From Pirellulales bacterium (GTDB lineage: Bacteria > Planctomycetota > Planctomycetia > Pirellulales > JAICIG01): DNA of 11,818 nucleotides. The stretch lies in NCBI GenBank assembly GCA_040901675.1, contig JBBDYJ010000007.1:1-11818 (forward strand), given 5' to 3'. The position numbers and the translations under genes are program-made. A model generated the notes under the pieces. The model was not told where the DNA came from. It did no database searches and saw nothing but the letters and a program-made list of their open reading frames with translations. Below are positions 8,196 to 11,818 of this stretch, piece by piece (the stretch's first letter is position 1; each line of letters opens with the position of its first letter).

Positions 8196-9170
8196 ATGCT
8201 CCCAGCGCTTTACCCGCTGCGTTTTCAGCCGATCCTCCGCCGGTACCTGTGGGGAGGCCGCCGGCTCGGCAGCCTGCTCGGCAAGCCGCTGGGGCCCCAG
8301 GACGACTATGCCGAAAGCTGGGAAGTCTGCGACCACGCCGCCGACCAAAGCCTGGTAACCGCCGGCGCCTTGCAGGGAGCGGCGCTTTGCGACCTGGTGC
8401 AGGGGCGCCCGGTGGAGCTGTTGGGCCGCCACGCCCCCCAATCGCGTTTCCCGCTGTTGTTCAAGTTTCTCGACGCCGAGCAAACGCTCTCGGTGCAGGT
8501 GCACCCCAACGACGCGCTGGCAGCCCGCGAACAGCCGCCGGACCTGGGCAAGACGGAGGCCTGGGTGGTGCTGGCCGCGCGGCCGGGCAGCCTGATCTAC
8601 GCGGGGCTGAAGCGGGGCTTCGACCGTCCGGCGCTGGAGCGTGAGCTGGCCCGTGGGACGTGCGCGCTGTGCCTGCACCGCTTCGAGGCGCGCGTCGGCG
8701 ACTGCGTGTTTCTTCCCGCCGGCGTGGTCCATGCCATCGGCGCGGGGCTGGTGATCGCGGAGATCCAGCAGGCCAGCGACACGACCTACCGCTTGTTCGA
8801 TTGGAACCGGCTCGGCCCGGACGGCCGCCCGCGCCCCTTGCACGTCGAGAAGGCGCTGGAGGCAATCGACTTCGAGTACGGCCCGGCCGGCCCTCGGCGG
8901 CCGCAACCGACCGAGCAGGCCCATGCCGAGCGGCTGGTCGAGTGCGACAAGTTCGTGCTGGACCGCTGGAGCTTCCATACTCCCCAGCCGGCCGGCGGCG
9001 ACGACCGCTGCCACATCATCGCCGTGCTCTCCGGGCGGATACGGATCGAGGGAGATCCGCACGCCGAGCCATTGCCGGCCGGCGGAACCTGTTTGCTGCC
9101 GGCCGCCCTCGGCGCCGTGCCGATCGCGCCGCTGGAGCCCACGGTGGTTCTGGACATGTATCTGCCGTGA
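8196..9170 (+). CDS. manA: Class I mannose-6-phosphate isomerase (short Bacillus GmuF/YvyI-type), 324 aa
   Basis: Motifs YLWGG, ESWE, FPLLFKFLDAEQTLSVQVHP, KTEAW, PAGVVHAIG, EIQQASDTTYRLFDWNR and RPLHVEKA. Zn ligands and the catalytic Arg are present. Confidence 0.95.
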   Translation: MLPALYPLRFQPILRRYLWGGRRLGSLLGKPLGPQDDYAESWEVCDHAADQSLVTAGALQGAALCDLVQGRPVELLGRHAPQSRFPLLFKFLDAEQTLSVQVHPNDALAAREQPPDLGKTEAWVVLAARPGSLIYAGLKRGFDRPALERELARGTCALCLHRFEARVGDCVFLPAGVVHAIGAGLVIAEIQQASDTTYRLFDWNRLGPDGRPRPLHVEKALEAIDFEYGPAGPRRPQPTEQAHAERLVECDKFVLDRWSFHTPQPAGGDDRCHIIAVLSGRIRIEGDPHAEPLPAGGTCLLPAALGAVPIAPLEPTVVLDMYLP

Positions 9171-9174
9171 GGGA

Positions 9175-9223
9175 AAGGCAGAAGGCAGAGGGCAGAAGGC
9201 AGAAGGCAGAAGGCAGAGGTCGG
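9175..9223 (+). repeat. Heptamer tandem repeat (AAGGCAG)x6 plus a degenerate unit
   Basis: aaggcag aaggcag agggcag aaggcag aaggcag aaggcag aggtcgg, starting 4 nt after the manA stop. Confidence 0.9.
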
Positions 9224-9225
9224 AG

Positions 9226-9312
9226 GTTCCGCCTGCGGCGGGACTTGCAGCATGGTTCCGCCCGCTGCGGTCTGGCAGCCCAGTTCCGCCTGCGGCTCCT
9301 AATTCCGCGGAA
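9226..9312. repeat. Three GTTCCGCC-initiated palindromic units plus a TTCCGCGGAA palindrome
   Basis: gttccgcctgcggcggga (9226), gttccgcccgctgcgg (9255) and gttccgcctgcggc (9283), spaced 29 and 28 bp. Perfect palindrome at 9303-9312. Confidence 0.6.
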
Positions 9313-9399
9313 GAACCGAGATTTCTTTTTAGAAAGTCGGCGGCAAAGGCGTCTAATCTAATAGGTCCACTGCGGAAACCAGACCGGTGGAGCACCACC

Positions 9400-9900
9400 T
9401 TGTGCGACAACGCAGCACTGGATCGGCTGGTGCTCGAGCACCTGAGCGGTGCTCTGCGCTTCGCCACGCGCCTCACCGGTGACGCCGACGCGGCCGAGGA
9501 AGTGGTGCAAGAAGCCTTGGCGAAAGTAGCCGGGGGATGGGCCGCCTTCCGAGGGGAAGCGGCCTTTCGCACCTGGCTGTTTCGAATCGTGCTGAACGTA
9601 TTCCGGGACCGGCGCAGGCCGCCAACGGTAGAACCGCTGGCCGACGACCTGGGCGACTCGCGTGCGATCGATCCCGCTTCGGCAGCCATGGCCGGCGAGC
9701 TGGGCACGTTGATCGCGCGTCACGTGTCGTCGCTGCCGGCCAGGCAGCGCGAGGTCCTGGTGCTGGTGGCGTACGAGGGCTTTTCGACCAGCGAAGTCGC
9801 CGCCGCGGTGGGAATCAGCGAAGCAAACGTCCACTCCACGCTGCACGCTGCCCGCAACCGGCTCAAACGGCAACTGGCGGCCTACTTGGCGGAGAGATAG
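9400..9900 (+). CDS. ECF-family RNA polymerase sigma factor, 166 aa
   Basis: TTG start at 9400 with GGAG 7 nt upstream. Region 2 (AAEEVVQEAL, FRTWLFRIVLNVFRD) and region 4 HTH (LPARQREVLVL...EVAAAVGISEANVHSTLHAARNRLK) are present. No region 1/3 and no C-terminal extension. Confidence 0.92.
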   Translation: MCDNAALDRLVLEHLSGALRFATRLTGDADAAEEVVQEALAKVAGGWAAFRGEAAFRTWLFRIVLNVFRDRRRPPTVEPLADDLGDSRAIDPASAAMAGELGTLIARHVSSLPARQREVLVLVAYEGFSTSEVAAAVGISEANVHSTLHAARNRLKRQLAAYLAER

Positions 9901-9904
9901 TGCC

Positions 9905-11209
9905 ATGTCGACCGAGCCGACGCACAACACGCCCGACGACGAGCTCGACCGGCTGCTTGCCCTGGCGCGTTGGCCGGAAGCGTCCGGCGAGAGCCTCGCT
10001 CGCCTCGAACAGCACTGGAATGCGCTGCCGCGCCCGGCGTTGCCGCCTGCCGAAGCCGTTGGTATCATCAGGGATGCTGCCCCGCCCGGCCCGCCTCCCG
10101 TCACGATCCCCGGTGTCATGCTAAAGAAGCGCGACGACGACCTGTTCCAGGACACCACGATGACCTTCGGGGAGCACCTCGAAGAGTTGCGCGGGTCGCT
10201 GATGAAGGCGCTGGTTTGCCTGGTGATCGGCACGGGCCTGGGACTGACCGTGGGCAGCTCGGTGGTCGACCTGATCACGGCGCCGCTGAAGGCCGCTCTG
10301 GCCACTTATTACAAGTCGGAGTCGGTCGAAGACTACGAGAAATGGGCGGCGGAGCGGGCCAAGGAGCGCCTGGCGGTGCCCTATACGGTCGACGAAATCA
10401 AGCACCTGGTGGACGATCAGGGCCAGGTGTTCGAGATCCGCTACATGCACCCCAAGCAGGTGTCGCACGGCCTGGGAACCGAGGCCGAGGCGGCCCCTTC
10501 CGGCAAGCGCCAACGGCCGGCCGCGGGGTCCGGCACGGATGACCCGGACGACGAACAAGCAAAAGCGCCGACTCTGGACGCGTCGGAGTTGGTGCCGATC
10601 TTCTTGTGGCAGCCGGTGGAGAACGATGCGCGGATCAACCCGACGACGCTGAGCGCGCAGGAAGCCTTTGCCATCTGGTTCAAGGCCTCGCTGGTGGTGG
10701 GAGTGATTATTTCCAGCCCGCTGGTGTTCTATTTCATCTGGTCGTTCGTGGCGGCGGGCTTGTATCCGCAGGAAAAGAAACACGTGTACACGTTTCTGCC
10801 GTTCAGCTTGGGGCTGTTTCTGGCCGGCGCGGCGCTGTCCTATTTGTTCGTGTTCCAGCCGGTGCTCGACTTCCTGTTGAGGTTCAATCAGCAACTGGAC
10901 CTGGATCCGGACCCGCGGATCAGCGAATGGTTGAGCTTCGTGCTGTTTCTGCCGCTGGGGTTCGGAATCAGCTTCCAATTGCCGCTGGTGATGCTGTTTC
11001 TGGAACGGCTGGGCATCTTCAACGTGCGGTCGTACATGGAGAAGTGGCGGATCGCCGTGCTGGTGATCTTCGTGTTGTCGGCCGTGCTGACGCCGGCCGA
11101 CCCCTACAGCCTGCTGTTCATGGCGGTGCCGCTCACGATCCTGTATTTCGGCGGCGTGCTGTTGTGCGCCTGGTGGCCGCGGAAGGTCAGCGCCGCCGAG
11201 TACGCGTGA
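9905..11209 (+). CDS. tatC: Twin-arginine translocase subunit TatC with a 71-aa N-terminal extension (alternative start ATG 10118)
   Basis: TatC motifs MTFGEHLEELR, IWSFVAAGLYPQEKK, FGISFQLP and LTPADPYS, with six hydrophobic segments. SD GGAGAG lies 8 nt before ATG 9905. Confidence 0.93.
   Translation: MSTEPTHNTPDDELDRLLALARWPEASGESLARLEQHWNALPRPALPPAEAVGIIRDAAPPGPPPVTIPGVMLKKRDDDLFQDTTMTFGEHLEELRGSLMKALVCLVIGTGLGLTVGSSVVDLITAPLKAALATYYKSESVEDYEKWAAERAKERLAVPYTVDEIKHLVDDQGQVFEIRYMHPKQVSHGLGTEAEAAPSGKRQRPAAGSGTDDPDDEQAKAPTLDASELVPIFLWQPVENDARINPTTLSAQEAFAIWFKASLVVGVIISSPLVFYFIWSFVAAGLYPQEKKHVYTFLPFSLGLFLAGAALSYLFVFQPVLDFLLRFNQQLDLDPDPRISEWLSFVLFLPLGFGISFQLPLVMLFLERLGIFNVRSYMEKWRIAVLVIFVLSAVLTPADPYSLLFMAVPLTILYFGGVLLCAWWPRKVSAAEYA
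10040..10068 (+). promoter_or_regulatory. Putative internal sigma70 promoter for the short tatC isoform
   Basis: TTGCCG (10040-10045), 17-bp spacer, TATCAT (10063-10068) with an extended -10 TG at 10060-10061, about 50 nt upstream of ATG 10118. Confidence 0.55.
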
Positions 11210-11233
11210 GTAGCAGAATTCGCCAGGATTCTG
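11210..11233 (+). repeat. GTAG-type REP-like hairpin directly after the tatC stop
   Basis: GTAG + CAGAATT-CGCCAG-GATTCTG, a 7-bp stem with one G:T pair. Confidence 0.55.
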
Positions 11234-11277
11234 GGGGATTGTGTCTGGGGTGCCACTGCTTGGAGGCTGCCGGCGCC

Positions 11278-11311
11278 GGGTGCCTGGGGCAAAGCGATAA
11301 GCGTGCCCCAG
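11278..11311. repeat. REP-like hairpin or possible terminator between convergent tatC and P-II genes
   Basis: 8-bp stem CTGGGGCA (11284-11291) / TGCCCCAG (11304-11311), preceded by GGGTGCC (which also occurs at 11248) and followed by a pyrimidine tract. Confidence 0.55.
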
Positions 11312-11320
11312 TCTTCTCTC

Positions 11321-11348
11321 CCTCCAGCCTTCAGCCTCCAGCCTCCAG
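11321..11348 (-). repeat. Heptamer tandem repeat (CTGRAGG)x4
   Basis: Plus strand cctccag ccttcag cctccag cctccag, beginning 7 nt after the P-II stop on the minus strand. Confidence 0.85.
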
Positions 11349-11355
11349 TCTGATT

Positions 11356-11703
11356 TCAAATGGCTTCGCTGCCGCGTTCGCCGGTGCGGATGCGGATGCA
11401 GTCCTCCAGCGGCAGCACGAAGATCTTGCCGTCGCCGATTTCGCCGCTGGCGCCGGTGCGGCCCCCCTTGATGATGGCCTCGATCGTGGGCTCGACGAAG
11501 TCCTCGTTCACGGCGATCTGCAACTGCACCTTGCGCAGCAGGTTCACCGAGAACTCGTGGCCGCGGTAGGTCTCGGTGTGCCCCTTCTGGCGGCCGAAGC
11601 CTTGCACGTCCATCACGGTGAGTCGGAACACCTCGACCTCGGTCAAGGCGGCCTTGACGGCCTCCAGGCGGCTGGGCTGGATGATGGCGATAATCAACTT
11701 CAT
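11356..11703 (-). CDS. glnB: P-II family nitrogen regulatory protein (GlnB/GlnK), 115 aa
   Basis: MKLIIAIIQP, GFGRQKG T-loop, K58, IGDGKIFVLP and IRIRTGERG; SD GAGGA upstream. glnB versus glnK cannot be resolved because no amtB is in view. Confidence 0.95.
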   Translation of the reverse strand: MKLIIAIIQPSRLEAVKAALTEVEVFRLTVMDVQGFGRQKGHTETYRGHEFSVNLLRKVQLQIAVNEDFVEPTIEAIIKGGRTGASGEIGDGKIFVLPLEDCIRIRTGERGSEAI

Positions 11704-11786
11704 GCGGTTCCTCGCTGTCCGGCGGCCCCCGGATAGTGCATGGTAGCCGGGCCGGCGAAGTGCCTCAAGGCTGGAGGAAAAAGAAG

Positions 11787-11818
<32 letters not shown>

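Noticed and set aside
8923..9399. N-terminal extension making the ECF sigma 325 aa
   Set aside because: It overlaps manA out of frame and crosses the heptamer repeats; SD plus TTG at 9400 gives a normal-length ECF.

Overview
GC-rich bacterial DNA, probably a Planctomycetota (Pirellulales-like) metagenomic contig; the taxon is inferred from protein styles and intergenic repeats. The minus strand carries a small hypothetical gene, a DUF4112-like membrane protein and a PEP-CTERM surface protein with a near-consensus sigma70 promoter and an intrinsic terminator. The plus strand carries a ~1500-aa membrane-anchored TPR protein, a divergent polysaccharide pyruvyltransferase-like protein, class I mannose-6-phosphate isomerase, an ECF sigma factor and tatC. 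A convergent P-II gene and a terminal poly-G artefact end the window. The most unusual feature is the tatC ORF: it starts 4 nt after the ECF sigma gene, where an anti-sigma gene usually sits, and has a 71-aa N-terminal extension resembling an anti-sigma N-terminus. That extension contains a sigma70-like promoter upstream of the conventional TatC start. This suggests either a TatC-tethered anti-sigma system with two isoforms or a deletion scar. Intergenic regions are mosaics of GTAG-REP hairpins, heptamer tandem repeats and 8/9-bp periodic modules.
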